A stretch of 54,736 nucleotides of DNA from Stylophora pistillata. Lineage: Eukaryota. Shown piece by piece: positions 11,206 to 25,204 of this stretch (position 1 is its first letter; each line of letters begins with the position of its first letter). The stretch lies in NCBI RefSeq assembly GCF_002571385.2, contig NW_019217842.1:852020-906755 (forward strand). Reading direction: 5' to 3'. The notes under the pieces were generated by a model. It was not told the DNA's origin. It saw only the letters and a program-made list of their open reading frames with translations, and did no database searches. Position numbers and translations under genes: made by a program.

Positions 11206-14200
11206 CTTGAGTTTTTTTTATCTATCCAAAGAAGATCAGAATTTGAATAAAAAGAGATGAAGTGAATCAGCGGTTGTAGCGATATCCCCTTTGTCCTTGG
11301 TTATATAGCGTATTATTATATTACAGTAGGTGATATCCTTTCGATTTTTCCCTTGAATATTGAATATCCCATTTGCTCCTTCGTCAATTTTTTTTTTCCT
11401 GAGACAAGACGGCTGCTTTCGCAGTAATCAGCCTAATGCACTTTTACTTTAACTACATAAACTGGGCTTTATGGATTCAGCTGCAGAAAAAAATTAAAAT
11501 CGATCCTCGATTCTTTGCTTTGTTTTCATAAGCAGTTTCCGTCGTTATTTTTATTATCTTTATTCGTTTGTTTCAGAACAAATCACCCAGTTTCTTCTTC
11601 GGTAAATATCAATTGTACCGCTTTGCACCTAAATAAGTTGCACCATTGTTGGCTTTCTAACGTTATTGAGATGATTATTTTTCTTTTCTACGCACTTTCC
11701 TGTTCCTCGATTGGTCCACCAATTGTTTTATTTGTAAAGGCTGATATCTTGTGTTTTTTTATTTTACCCCAGAGAATATCTTAATGAGGCTTTACTTTGC
11801 GTTGTACTAAAAAAGGCACAACTACCAAATAGATAAGCTTTTCCAAATTCCAACTCGCTGTACTCCTCAAAAATCCATGACGCAAACATTTCAGATAGCT
11901 AAACTACTTAAACTAAAAAAAAAAAAAACAAAAAAAAAAAAACAAGAATTAAAATTACAGTAAAACGCTAAATTAAAAAACTTTCCGAGTAGCTATTACA
12001 GCATTTCCTTATAGGACTGCAGCTGAGTTTATCGAAAAATTTTAAATCATAGCAGATCACAGCCCTCGATGTTCTAACGAGGACTCTGAAAGGTAAATGT
12101 TTTCATCGTCTTCGTTTGCCCTAAAAAATGTAGATCTTGACCATTTGCTCTATCTACAGTTTATCCCTAGCCAGCTAAAAGAAAAGTAATTGAAATTCAA
12201 CTCCACAAACATACTGAAGATGTAAGTTTTCTAACCGGTAAACTTAATTATGTCCCCTGTACTCTCCTTCGTTAACTAAAATAATTAGGTCAAAACAGAA
12301 GTGAGCTCATAAACTTTAAATCTAGTCAAAAGATGCTTGAATAAAATAAATTTTACCCATTTCTGTCGCTCCTTGATTATCGCTGGATTCAATGGTACCG
12401 ATTCATTTGCTTGCCACACGCTAAGGAACACTCCGAGATGACATGGGCTGTCAGTTTTTGTCTTAAATTGTGGCATTTATTGTCTGATCACCCCTTTCAA
12501 CCTCTTTCCCAAATGTATGCAAGGAAAGTACATCAAGTGAAAAGCGGTCAGCTTACTTAGAGAAGCTCGAAATAAAGATTGTAGGGATCTATTCTACAAA
12601 AAAAGACATAATCCTCGGAAGATCGTATAATTGTTTGACACTGTTTTGGTATCTTTAGGAAACAATTGTACCGAGGGCTTACGAGATTTATTAAGGATGA
12701 AAACTTCGATGTACAGGATGATAATATTATCATGCGACTTCAATCTTTACGTAGTTAAGTCAACTCTGCAAAAATCACCACTGAATTTTACAAAAAATTG
12801 TGAGTTGATTCGACAATTTGTTGTAAGACCTTGTGTTTCAAAATTGCATTTTCTATTTTCCTAAGGAGAAACGGAAGAAAATTAGGGTATTTTCGTGTTA
12901 GTAGTCTTTATTTAAAGAATGTTTTGACACTATTCAGCATTAGGAGAGAATCTGTTGTCAAGCACTCATTCATCGAATACAGCTGAGAATAAGAAAACAT
13001 TTTGAAAATATTTATTTGCTTTTAAAACGTCTTTTTGGAGCATAATGAGCATAATCCTCATTTTCTTGGATAACGTCCAAGATAATTTGAAGCGATTCTT
13101 CTCAAAGGCTCATTTTGATGATATTACACAAAAACGCTAATGCTACTTACAAAGAGATGAAAATAAATATATTTTTGAACAAAGTTGACCGGAAAATCGA
13201 AACTAAGAAATATTAGATTTCAAGAAAAATTTATACCGGCTGCAAAGAGTCGCTCATAGCTTGACAATTTTTACACGGGCTTATTAAGCTTCCCAACGGT
13301 TCAGCGGGAAGAATAAGATTTTTAAATTTAGAAAATAGATACGTTTGCAGGGCTGAGTGTGTATGCTATAAGGACGTCTTTCTGAGATGAAAATTTAAAA
13401 TCAGCATTTTTACATAATTATTTAGCTCTTTGAAGCATACTTTTAGTCCCTGCGAAAATAATTTAACGTTTTACATTTCAGTCGCCAAACTGAGGCCATT
13501 AAATAACTGATTGTGTTCATTTCTACGACTTCCATGGAAAGAAAATATTGAAATTATTAACTAAGCAAACGACTTAAATATTTGCGACTTTACCGCGATG
13601 TTCGAACCTTTTTGTTCCTTTGATATCCTTCTAGTTTACACCCTGTTACCATCGTCGGCTTATTTGAAACTCGGAGTACTTGCGTAGAGCACCCTTGTTG
13701 GGATATCATTTACTGAAAATGAGCTGCTGTTTTTGATGAACAATGTTTATAGCTAGCTTAAGAAGAACTTATTAGAATCACAGGTAAGATATTGAATTTC
13801 TTGCCAGTCAAATGTAAAATAGCGCTATCATTATGATAGCGCTATTGTTGGCGGCCGAAGAACTCGAATAGAGTTTGTCATCGATGATTAGACATTATCT
13901 AAAGATCAGATAGGCTAGTTCAGTCTGCAATAGATTTTTTTGGGCTATGTTGTGTCGCCTCTCAGCAAAAACAAGTGTTACATTGAAACCCATGATGTTT
14001 AAGTCACTCCTACGAAGCGAGGTACACATGTTGCCGATGTAATTTAAAAACAACTTCGGCCTTCATTCGTGACTCAATCCCAAGAAAATGAAGAAACACA
14101 TTAAATTCTAAAATAACTCATACTTAGTGCCAAATTACATAGTAATGGGTTTAAGGTCGATGAACCAATTCTGGATAGCCAATCGTTTATCATGTTTAAA

Positions 14201-17200
14201 TTTGAGAGATACCACTCAAGTTGTTCTGTGGCACATGAGTGTCAATGGACTACTTCTCAGAAAAAAGTATTTTAACTTTGCTCAATTACTGTGCAAAGGA
14301 TTCTACAATTTTCATCCTCTTTTCCATTACAGTCTATTACGTCTTTGGAAAAAACAGTCAAGAGTGTCAATTTCAATGTCAGCGGAAATTTAATGTCGAC
14401 AGAGCTTTTTTGTGACCTTTGAATTTGCACTTTTGTTCAGCATTTTGGCGAGCTTTCTTGTCTTTCGGGACTATTTTTGTAACCTCTCTATGACCACCAT
14501 ATGGTTCAAATATAAATATCTTCGATCTTTCACAGCCACTTCCTTTCTTTTTTATTTCCTCCATAACCAACTAGGGAATTTTATCGGTCCTGTTCCAATT
14601 TCTTGAAAGGCCACGACAGCTCCGCTGCAACTCCATGTCTCTCGTGTAAATTATGTTTTATTTTGCTATGATTATAATTATCATTGGTATTATTCCTATC
14701 CTTTTGATCATTTCGACACTGATTTTAACCTTACACCCGATACGGAATAAAGGTCTATGAATTATTATTCAAATTCTACTGGTTTATGGGCGGAATCCCT
14801 ATTTCCTTTTCAGTTGCATGGTTATCAACCTGTTAGAACATTGCTTGTTCTTTTTCTTTTGGGAAAGTCCTCTTAGCTCTAAGCACACCTGCCCTTGTCC
14901 GCGCATGTAAGTAAATAATTAAACCATTACACGATGGAGTCATTTTAACTGATATCAGTTTCAACTCAACCCGGGTCTCGATAGTGTAACTGCCCTGCAT
15001 ATTCTGTGAACTAAAGTTAAAGGAAATATATGTTCAACCACCTACCTAAACCCGGCATGAATAAGTGCTAAGGAAAGCAGCACTTCTATAATTCAGTTCA
15101 ATAATGAGCGGGTAAACGTCGCATTGTAACACCGAGGAAGTCACGTCGAAGATGACTTTGAATAAAGCAGATAACTCAAACATAAACACGCTGATACTGT
15201 TGATTGGGCCTCACGGAAATTTGTCAACTCTCTATTGTTAAAGACTAATATCGAAAAATAATTGAACGCCTATCCGTGTGGTCTGAAGAAAGTAACTATG
15301 ATGTTAACTCGACAAAAATAATGTAATTTTAACTAAGGCTTTACGTCACCCACGCATTGGGTGATACGGTTGGTAATTTTCTCTTTCGCTTAAAAGAAAC
15401 AGGACGACGTTTTCGGCTGGGAACGTTCGAGTCCGTTGCAGTGCCAGACAAAAATCGGGACCAAACATTTCAGGTAAGTCGTTTTAAATTTTATGAAATT
15501 GAAATTATGAGATTAGTGTATTGTTCAAGGTGCATGGTGGTTCGAAAACTAAATTTGTTTTGAAACTGAGCAGTGTCGTGTTTTATGTTAAAGAGACAGT
15601 AGAGATAAGAAATCACGAGTCTCCTTAGAACAAGAATTTTGTATCTGTAATCGTTGCCACTCGTTATCGAAAGCATGTTTGTGCTCATTCAAAACAATTT
15701 TATTTGGTTCTCGTTTAAAAGTCTAACACTAAGAAGCTCTTAGATAAATATTAACATCTCGTTGTGAGATAAAAATTCAACAACGCTACATTTCAACAGG
15801 CCGTAGAACTTCCAAACCCTACATCTATCTGATTCTCAGAATTTTTAGAGTTTTAAATTCGAAGCACGTTGTCAGGTCATGTATTTGTGAATGGAATTTG
15901 CCTTGTAAATTAGAACAGACGAACTGCCATGCTACAAAGATAGCAGTAATGAGACCTTAAAAAGTTCTTTCGAAATTATTATGAATACCGCAGAAAAGAG
16001 TGATGGCAAATACTTTATACAAGTCCTAACTAGAGAGAAACAAATATCGTAAATCTGTAGTACACCATCTGTGGCTAAAGAGCTAGACTCGTAAACACAT
16101 AAATCCAATCCAACGATCAAAGCTGCCAGTCAAAGCTTAGCTCAATAACTTATTGAAATGGAGCTCTTGCTTTGCTGGCCGTGTCAAAGCTGTTCACAGC
16201 TGCATTTTAGCAATTCCTAATATACTACATCAAAACTGAAAAAAATTCAAATTTTGTGCTTTCCGAGTTAAGAGCCCTTGATACAAATTATGGACAAAGT
16301 ACTTTTTGTGACAATATTTATAGCAAACACGCTTTTCTTTCTAAAGAGGACGTATTGATATAAATCAGATTCGGACATAGTCACCTCAGAAGTTTCATAA
16401 CACTTGTGAAAAATCAGCATCGAAGAATCATTAAATGTAATTTCTATCCGTGTGGTATCAAGTAAATTGAAATAAACTGCAAACATATCATTTACATTTT
16501 ATCGTTTCTCAATTGCAAAAGAATGATTGGCTTTTTCTGTTGTTTCGTGCACCTGAGGAACAGTAGGCATTAGCGCAAGAAACCAAACAGTACAGGAGAC
16601 CAAACTTGTAATAGTTTTTATCATCCGTTTTCTGTTTTAACGAGCCTCTAAAAACTTTGCGACGCAGTTTCAGGTGAACAGCTCTAACTTTCATGAGTTT
16701 GAACTTGTCAGTTTAATTAAGGTATCAGGGAAGGTTAATTAGCGATTTCATTCGAACTGAAATAGCCTGAAAATTATTTACGCTATCCCAATAAAAGTAG
16801 ACATTTTCTTGATGTTTGATAAACACCGGTTTCAGATATTTCATTTATTTTTTTTTATTTTTTTGCCATTGAACAGAATGGGCGCCTATTTTCTTTCTTA
16901 CGCAGAGAAGTTCTACGAGATAAGTTTATTTGACAACGCCGCTTTTAGTTAACACCCTCTCTGTCTTTTATCTGAACGTGATCTGCACACATTAAACTAC
17001 AAAACTGTGTTGTCGGAGACTTTGTTATTTGTGCGTGACACATATCAGATGAAGAGTGTGAACCGTATGTCAAGAGCCAGAAGCGCCGCCTGTAGTGATT
17101 TAAGACATTGATCGGTTTACATTATCAATGCAACCTTGAATGACCTTTCAAATCAGTAGTTCGCAACCAATCACAATGTAGAGAATATCGTATAAGAGAG

Positions 17201-18207
17201 TGATTTCTTACAAATTTTCCAGAGTAGCTTTTTACACACCCGTTGTAAGAAAGCGAATACGAGAGCGGAATAAAATAGTTTGATTGAGTTTAGTTCGATA
17301 GAAGTCTATCCCTAGTAAACGGGGCAAAGTTTACGAAAGTGTCTAGGATTCGTCTTTTGACGCTTAATATTTTTTAATAGTTTTTTTTTTTAATTCGAAG
17401 TAGTGTTTTTGAACAAAGTTTTCATTGTAGAGGCTATATCTCAAAAAGTAAGGAAAGAATCAAAATTTCCAGACACTCTTTTGGGGTTCATTGTATTTCT
17501 GACATGATCTACAAATATCATGAAAATTGACCGAGTATTGGCCCAGAATAGACTCATAAAATTTCAAAACTCAAGCGAAAGCACTTTACGAGAAAAAGTG
17601 ACTTAAAGTTTTTTGGGGCGTCGTCGTTTGGTTTACATTCAATTAACTTCTGTGAGGGCTGTAGTCCAATCACATTGAACCAAGCTATTTTGGAAACAGT
17701 TTTGCCCAGCTGTCGGGCTGATACGTGCAAGAAAGCAAAGAGCGAGTAAGGTCGAGCAGGTTAAATGAAAAAGCGTGAATATGAAGCTATCTGTGTCGAT
17801 ATGGAAGGTGCTTCAGCCTGCAAAAAGTGGAGGAAAGAGGAGAGCTACACTGAAAACACAACACAGCTTTTAGACGATCGATGCTCGAAGTGAAATGGTA
17901 CGCGAATGATTATGGACTGTCGGCGATATTGTTCGCGAACTAGCGCGCACGATCGAACACAGTTTTGTGCTTATTCAGAATCGCTTTTACAGGGTTATGT
18001 CTTAAAAGTCAGCAAAAGAAAAGCCAGAAAAGTTAAAATCCTGACATTTCCTCCCTGTGGGTGACTCATAGGGAGGAAATGTGTTTGGTGCCTTTTCCTT
18101 TACAAGCTGGTATCCCTAAAAGCCTTGATCTAAAAAAATGACTGATGAATAGAGTTTTGGGCAAAGTTAAAGTTTTCCCTTTTTTCCCCTATTTGCAGAA
18201 GATTATT

Positions 18208-20383
18208 ATGACAAACAACACAAGTTCCAATTCAACGTCAGAACCATCGCCCTCCTACAGATGTCCCACCCGTCCTTTCACCACCGTAGAGGTATGGTTC
18301 CAAGTGTCCGCTTTCGAGATTATCATGGCTGGATCCATCATCGGAAACGTGTTTTTGATCGCCATAATAAAGAAAAACCGAATGATACACATTCCGACAA
18401 ACTTCTTCCTCGTGAGCTTGTGTATTTTGAATCTGTTAATTATTTTAATCAATACTCTACCAGACGTCCAGGGGAGGATAGCACCGCAACTCGGATTTAT
18501 CATTACTGGTAATTACGGTTGTTTGTTGATCCTGATAAAATAGTAATAGCTTCAATTTGGCGAGAAAACATGCATGGATATTTGTCCGCAGACATCATCT
18601 GCTGTTCCGAGGAACAAACAGTTTTCCGAGAGCGAAGCTTGGCGGAAAACTGTGAGTTTCGAAAATAGGACGGATCTCTGATCATGAGTGGAAACAACTT
18701 CAAGCAGGTATCGGGCAGGTATCGGGCAGGTATCGGGCAGGTATCGGGCAGGTATCGGGCAGGTATCGGGCAGATATCGAGCAAGCAATTTCTATCTGTT
18801 CGCGCAAGTTGCATAAGGTTAATTTGAATGCGTGCGTACGATTACCCTTAAAATAAACAACGCTAAAGTCATAAGTCAATAAAATGTATGCTTTCTTTAA
18901 GAGAATGTTCTAGGAAATAAATTTACTGTTGGATCATTCGTTTGTTTGGTTTTAGACCCCCCTCCCCTTCCCCCTCCCCTTCCTCCTTGCACCAAGTTCA
19001 TGTACAGAGTTGGTATTTCGTCGTGAATTGGGATGGAAAACAATTTTGGACATATGTTGGATGGATCATTGAAAAATCTTCACCAAAAGTAATGAAACCG
19101 GCGAGCAGAACGAAGAGCAACATCTCAAATTATTAATACTGATCCAAAGCTGAGACAGAAAATACATTGTGGGAAACGATAGCCAGAAAGCGGCTACTGT
19201 TTTTTGTNNNNNNNNNNNCCCGCCCCACTTAGGTAGCATTCTTTACTTTAACAAATGTTATATTCTTGGATTTCTATAATAAGTGGTTGGATAGAATTGG
19301 TTTATTCAGTTAAATCTGAGGTCTATTTCCTTGTAATGAGATTTAACATTATGCTTTCAGAATCCTTTCCGGCCTGTTGCTTTTTTGGGAGTGGGGATGG
19401 AGTCACTGAGCCCACGTGCAGTGTTAATTGCATACCCGTAAAAATTTATTTAAAACAGTTTGTTTCCTTGATTTGCTAAATACATATTTACTCCTATTCA
19501 ATTTTTTTTTAAAATAATAAAGATTCGCGTCAAAATGTGTTGCATATTAATTTACTCCGCCTTCACCTTGCGTTATGCAGGTTGGCCTGGTAAGACTATT
19601 TGCAAGCTCCAAGGATTCTTAACAAGCTGGACCATAAATGCCGCCATCTTGACGCTTGCGTTGATCGCTGCTGATCGATTCCTCGCTGTATTTTTCCCTC
19701 TGCGAAGAGCAATCGATTCTCGTAAAGCAGTCCGGCTAATAATCACCATGTGGCTTCTCCCAGCAATATCAAGTTCTATCTTTTTTTACGTCAATGACCT
19801 CGTTGAATACAGAGAAAATATATACTGTGTCGAGATATGGGAACCAGCCATCCCAATGTACTATAATACAATCTACACCACAGCCGATTTCGTCATGTTT
19901 TATGCTCTGCCCCTGTTGGAAATCATCATTCTTTACACCGCCATCATCTACAGGATATGGATGCGAAGGATTCCAGGGCACGTTACCACAGCCAATCAAC
20001 AAGTAGAACTCAAAGCCAAAAAGAACGTCCTTAAGATGCTCATCATAGCTGTTCTTACGTTCGCACTATTCTGGCTTCCGGTTAAAATAAATGTTATGTT
20101 GGGGCTTTACGGCCGTTCTTCCTGCGTGTTTAGTCCTACTCGTCACTTCCTGGCACTCTTTCTGGCATGTGGTAACTGTATGATAAATCCAATTATCTAC
20201 ATTGTATTTAGCCGGGATTTTAGAAACGGTTTCAAAGCTCTCTGCCACTGCCTCCCCTGCTTTTCTGCTGATGTTCCATGTGTGCGCAGTCAGACCAGGG
20301 ATGTGAGCGAGATCAGCTTCTCTGTAAAACCCAGTGGTCCCAGCATTCTTAGCCTGACGAAATTTAAGAAGATTGACGACTAG
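18208..20383 (+). CDS. Class A GPCR (GPCR-3), two coding exons 18208-18508 and 19581-20383, 367 aa
   Basis: A phase-1 GT..AG intron (18509-19580) joins TM1-2 (MTNNTSSN...GN...LNLL) to GWPGKTIC...DRF...FWLPVK...NPIIY. Exon lengths of 301 and 803 nt are identical to those of the paralogue at 42255-43670. Confidence 0.92.
18545..18665. repeat. Fragment of a palindromic MITE in the GPCR-3 intron
   Basis: Hairpin core acagttttccgagagcgaagcttggcggaaaactgt, preceded by ggatatttgtcc. Confidence 0.45.
18704..18780. repeat. 11-bp minisatellite (GCAGGTATCGG)x7
   Basis: Six perfect units and one degenerate unit. Confidence 0.95.
19208..19218. other. Assembly gap (11 N)
   Basis: Run of N, so the GPCR-3 intron length is uncertain. 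Confidence 0.99.
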
Positions 20384-20455
20384 TAGGACTTCAACTCGCA
20401 ACTCCTGAAAAGCTATCAACGAATTGAATGAATTATATCCATTCTGTATTTTGGA

Positions 20456-20700
20456 TTATTATATGGCGGTGTCTCACAAGGACTGGGAAATACCGAATTC
20501 ACGAGTTTGATTGGCTGAGATCAATATTGAAAGCGGTCTAGATTTTCCCATCTAGACCGGTCTAGAGAAAAAAAAGTACAAAGAATATAAAAAATTGGCA
20601 TATAAGACACAGCCATATTATAAACATCTTATTAACCGAGCTAGGTCAGTCTGTATGGGAGAATCTTGACCTCGGTCAAGCTTCTCCCATACAGAACTAA
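20456..20700. mobile_element. Non-autonomous repeat inserted in the GPCR-3 3' flank
   Basis: ttattatatggc...gccatattataa inverted ends plus the hairpin ctgtatgggagaatcttgacctcggtcaagcttctcccatacag. It interrupts a segment that is contiguous at about 42112-42175. Confidence 0.6.
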
Positions 20701-20746
20701 TTATTATACAGGAAAACAGTCACATTCTGGGAGGTGTGAGGTAGAA

Positions 20747-21043
20747 GTCAAAGTTCACATTGTGATCGCACTTTACAGTGGTTCGCTTTGTCGGAGTTCA
20801 ACTCTTTACTTCCTTGTACTTTTTCTCTGCAATATCAGCTGTGCAATAAACCCATTAATCTACGTTGTATTTAGTCAGGATTTCAAAAACGGCTTTAAGA
20901 ATATCTGCCAGTGTTTCTTGACTATCCTTCCTGATGATCTCCCTCGTGTGCGTAGCCACTCCGTGGATTTAACAAAGAATCCACATTCTGTAACACATCG
21001 TTATCTTGAGCCAACGGTATCTACGAAGGTTGACTTTGAGTAA
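20747..21043 (+). pseudogene. GPCR relic: end of TM6, TM7 and C-tail, paralogous to GPCR-3/6
   Basis: VKVHIVIALY...FLVLFLCNISCAINPLIYVVFSQDFKNGFK aligns to VKINVMLGLY...FLALFLACGNCMINPIIYIVFSRDFRNGFK. TM1-5 are absent upstream. Confidence 0.85.
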
Positions 21044-21648
21044 AGTCAAGGAAATGTCGGAATTAGCAAGTCGAAGGTGCCTGGCTAGGGGCTAGACATG
21101 ATTGGCTAATACACAATATTAAGTCAGTTTGGTTCCATGATAACATTAAAAGTAAAACTGTTAACTCAGATAAACGAGGACTTGGCTTTCGGTTACGAAA
21201 ATACATGTATTTCTGTCAATATCTCAGTTGTAGCGATAAAAGTTCTGAAGCAGCTTATCAGGTTAGAACGATGAAAAGATTGAAAGAAAAAGATTTTGAA
21301 TGTCAAATACAAAGTTAAACCCAATTTTTTTTCAAAATGGTTTTGCCTAAAAATGTTAATAAAATTTTTTGGAGTAAGACTTTAAACATCAACGCCTCAT
21401 TCGTGTACTGTTTTTGGCCCCAGCCAAAGTCTCGAGCTCACGTTCTCAATCACTCATCAGCATAATGGAATTAGCCTTTGTGAGAACCAGTTTCCAAAGG
21501 AATAATATTTGTTTGCAGAGATGACATCTCCAAGGTTAATATATTGTCCCGCTTTAGGCCAATGACTTAACTTTGGATGAATGCAAATTAAATGTAATCT
21601 TGAATTTTCGTCGCATTTTCGTCGCATTTTAATCTTAGGGCTGGGAAA

Positions 21649-21851
21649 TATAGCTTTTGTTCCTATTAGATAGATATCATTATCTAATCTGGATTCTATT
21701 GGTCAGCACACCTTTAACCGCGAACACGTGATTATCCATATGTTTATCATTGTACATTAAGTTCATAAGTATTGTAATAAGGCAGTTGTGTAGTGCACTT
21801 GGTCTGTGCACGCGTTGCTCTATAGTAGTATACGTTGAACCCTAATATACA
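21649..21851 (+). repeat. LTR copy 1
   Basis: Direct repeat of 25205-25679 once the SINE is removed (tgttcctatt...ctattggt.agcacacctttaaccgc...ctgtgcacgcgtt...gaaccctaa). Confidence 0.8.
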
Positions 21852-24800
21852 ACCCCAGTTCAGAAGACTGCATGGAACACATATTGCGAACGTTTCAAAC
21901 AATACGTGATCGCGAACGAAATTAAGGACGAAAAGAAGGCAGTGGCCACCTTCCTGACTTCGATAGGCAGCAACACCTACAACGTTTTGAGAGATTTGCT
22001 AGCCCCGGCAAACCCATCTAGTGTAAAGCTGACAGATTTGGTGGTAACTTTACGAGATCACTATGAGCCAAAGCCGATCGTCATCTCTGAACGCTTTCAC
22101 TTCCACAAGCGCGAACAGCTCGAAGGGGAAGGTGTGGCGGCGTACATTGCAGTCCTAAAGAAGTGTTCGGAACATTGTGCCTTCAGCTCCTTTTTAGAGG
22201 AAGTCCTTAGGAATCGATTCGTCTGTGGCCTGAGAAGCAGACAAATTCAGAAAAGACTCCTAGCTGACAAAAGTCTCACGTGGAAGACAGCAGTAGAAAT
22301 GGCGTTGACGGTAGAAGTTGCTGATAAGCAAGCTAACAACTCTAGGAATTCCCCCGCAAATAGTGGCATACATTACATGAAGTCATCGCATCCGCCAAAA
22401 GTGATAAAGCCAAAGAGACCGTGTTTCCGTTGTGGCGAGGACCACATCCCGCAGAAATGCCGATTTAAGGAAGAATTTTGTCGGAATTGTAATCAAAAGG
22501 GCATATCGCCAAAGTTTGTAAGAAGAAAGCACCCACATCCTCAGGTGGTTACGCCCATGGATCACGTCCGAATCAAGGTGCGAGAAGACAACCAGTTCGA
22601 TATGTGAAAGACGATACCCTTCCGAAAGAGCTAAACGACGAATATAAACTTTTTCACCTTCATCAGGAAAAGTCTAAACTATCCACTATGGTTCCTGTAA
22701 AGGTGAATGGTGATAACATGTCGATGGAGTTGGACACTGGTGGGTCAGTTTCCATCATTTCCGAAGAGGCGTGGAGAAGGCGGTTCCCGAAAGTTCCATT
22801 AAAGTCATTAAATGAGTCCCAAATTAAGTCGAAGACTTACTTAGGAGAAACCCTCGAAATCATTAGACAAGCACTGTTTGAAGTTATCTATCAAGACCAG
22901 ACCACCATGTTACCGCTCCAATTCTCAAAGGGAACGGACCAAGCCTCTCTAGAAGGAACTGGCTTAAGAACATTAAGTTAAATTGGAGAAGATAAGTTGT
23001 GATTTAGATAACGTGTTACCTAGACATCATTCAGTATTTAAGGATGAGTTAGGTACTGTGCAAGACGTTAAAGCTAAATTATTGGTTAAGCCCGAATCAA
23101 AACCGAAGTTTTTCAAACTGCGCCAAGCTCCGTATGCTTTAAAAGGAGCCACTGAGCAAAAATTAGATCGGTTAGAAAACATAGGAGCGATCGAAGAGGT
23201 GCGCTACTCAGAGTGGAAGGCACCGATAGTTCCTGTCGTTAAACCAGATAATTCAATTAGAGTTTGTGGGGATTACAAAGTCACCCTCAATTCCGTTTTG
23301 GAGGTTGACCAACACCCATTACCAAACCCCGAAGAGTTATTTGTTAAATTAAGTGACCAACAAATTCTTTTAGACGAGGATTCAAGGGAGTCTGTAACCA
23401 TAAATACTCACAATGGTCTATGTAGACCCATAAGCCTGGTGCCTTCTTGGGTCTCCTCGTCTTCTAACCGTTATCGCTGTAATTAAATATTTTTATTGTT
23501 AAAATAAGGCAAATAAAAGATTCGTTTACCTTTTGGGGTATCCTCTGCGTCGGCTATCTTTCAATCAAAAATTGAGCAAGCACTACAGGGTATACCGATG
23601 GTCGTTTGTAGAGTAGACGATATTTATATATCGGGGAAAAATGATCAAGAGCACTTGATTAATCTGAATGAGGTTTTAGCTAGGTTGGGAAGCGCTGGCT
23701 TGAGGTTAAAATTTAGCAAATGCAAATCCATGCAGCCTACCGTTGAATATCTTGATTAACGAATAGTTGCGCAATGAATGCATGCGATCGAGAAAAAGGT
23801 CGTAAATCAGCATCAGTTGAGGTCATACCTGGGAATGATCAATAATTTTTCTAAATTCATCTGTAATTATTCGGCTATCACCCATCCGTTAAATGAATTA
23901 CTGAAAGACGAAGTCGAATGGTCTACAGATCAATCAGCAAAAGACGTTCGATTAACTCAAGGACAAATTGTCCAGCGCGTCCGTTTTGACACATTTTGAC
24001 GAGAAATTGCCGTTAAAACTCGACTCAGGTACCTCACAGTATGGCATCGGCGCAGTAATCTCGCACGTTTTGCCTTCTGGGGAAGAGCGACCGCCTATGC
24101 TTCGAGTACGCCAAAAGCGAGCGTAATTACTCGCAGATAGAAAAAGGAGCACTTAGCATAATATTCGAAGTTTCACTAATACTTGTGCGGAAGAAATTTC
24201 TTTTAGTCACGGATCACAAACCGTTAACCACATTGCTAGGACCGAAAAGCGGTATCCCAACTTTCGCAGCCGCACGATTACAAAGATACGATATCGAGTA
24301 TCGTTCGACGACAAAAAATGCAAACGCCGATTGTTTATCCCGTTTGCCGATACAAAGCGACAAAGTAAACGAAGAAGTCGATGAGGTCAGATCCATCAAC
24401 CACTTGCAAACTGAGTCTGCTACTTCATTGACATTCACCTGCCGATGAATGTCGATCAAGTTCGCAAGGCGACACGAACCGACCCAATTTTGTCGAGAGT
24501 ACTACAGTACATGATGACAGGTTGGCTAGATAAACAAATAACACCGGAAATCACACTGTATTTCAGCAAACGTCACGAAATTACAGTCGAAGATGGTTGT
24601 TTATTGTGGGAAATTCAAGTCATATCCCCGCCAACTTCGCGAACGTGTGTTATATGAATTATACACTGGGCACTCAGGTATTGTCCGTATGAGGTTACTC
24701 GCGCGACTTCACGTTTGGTGGCCTAATCTCGACAAAGATATAGTCACGGTTGTATGGAAATGCAACAATTGTTAGAAATCAGGCAACAAGCCCCAACCGG

Positions 24801-25204
24801 CACCCTTACACCCGTGGGATTGGCCTAAACTGCCGTGGCAGAGATTAGAGTGCATATGGATTTTGCAGGTCCTTTTATGGATAAAGTGTTTCTAATCGTC
24901 GTCGATAGTCACTCAAAATGGTTGGAGGTAGAAATAATGCCTAGCATCGCTAGTGAAGCGACAATCACAAGCTTCGTGATATGTTTGCTCGATATGGCAT
25001 TCCACAGCAACTCGTGAGTGATAACGGTACACAGTTCACTTCGAGAATGGCAACGATGAGGATACACACGCAGCAGTGAAAGCGCAACCTCAACTTCAAA
25101 CACGCTATCCAACTCGACAGCGTAAAGCACCGCAACACTTAGTATTCAATACACAATTATTAAAGTAATTGATTAGCAAGCCTTTGAAATAAGTGTGGGG
25201 GGAA

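Noticed and set aside
18503-18814. ORFs with PARYLPDTC repeats
   Set aside because: These are translations of an intronic 11-bp minisatellite.
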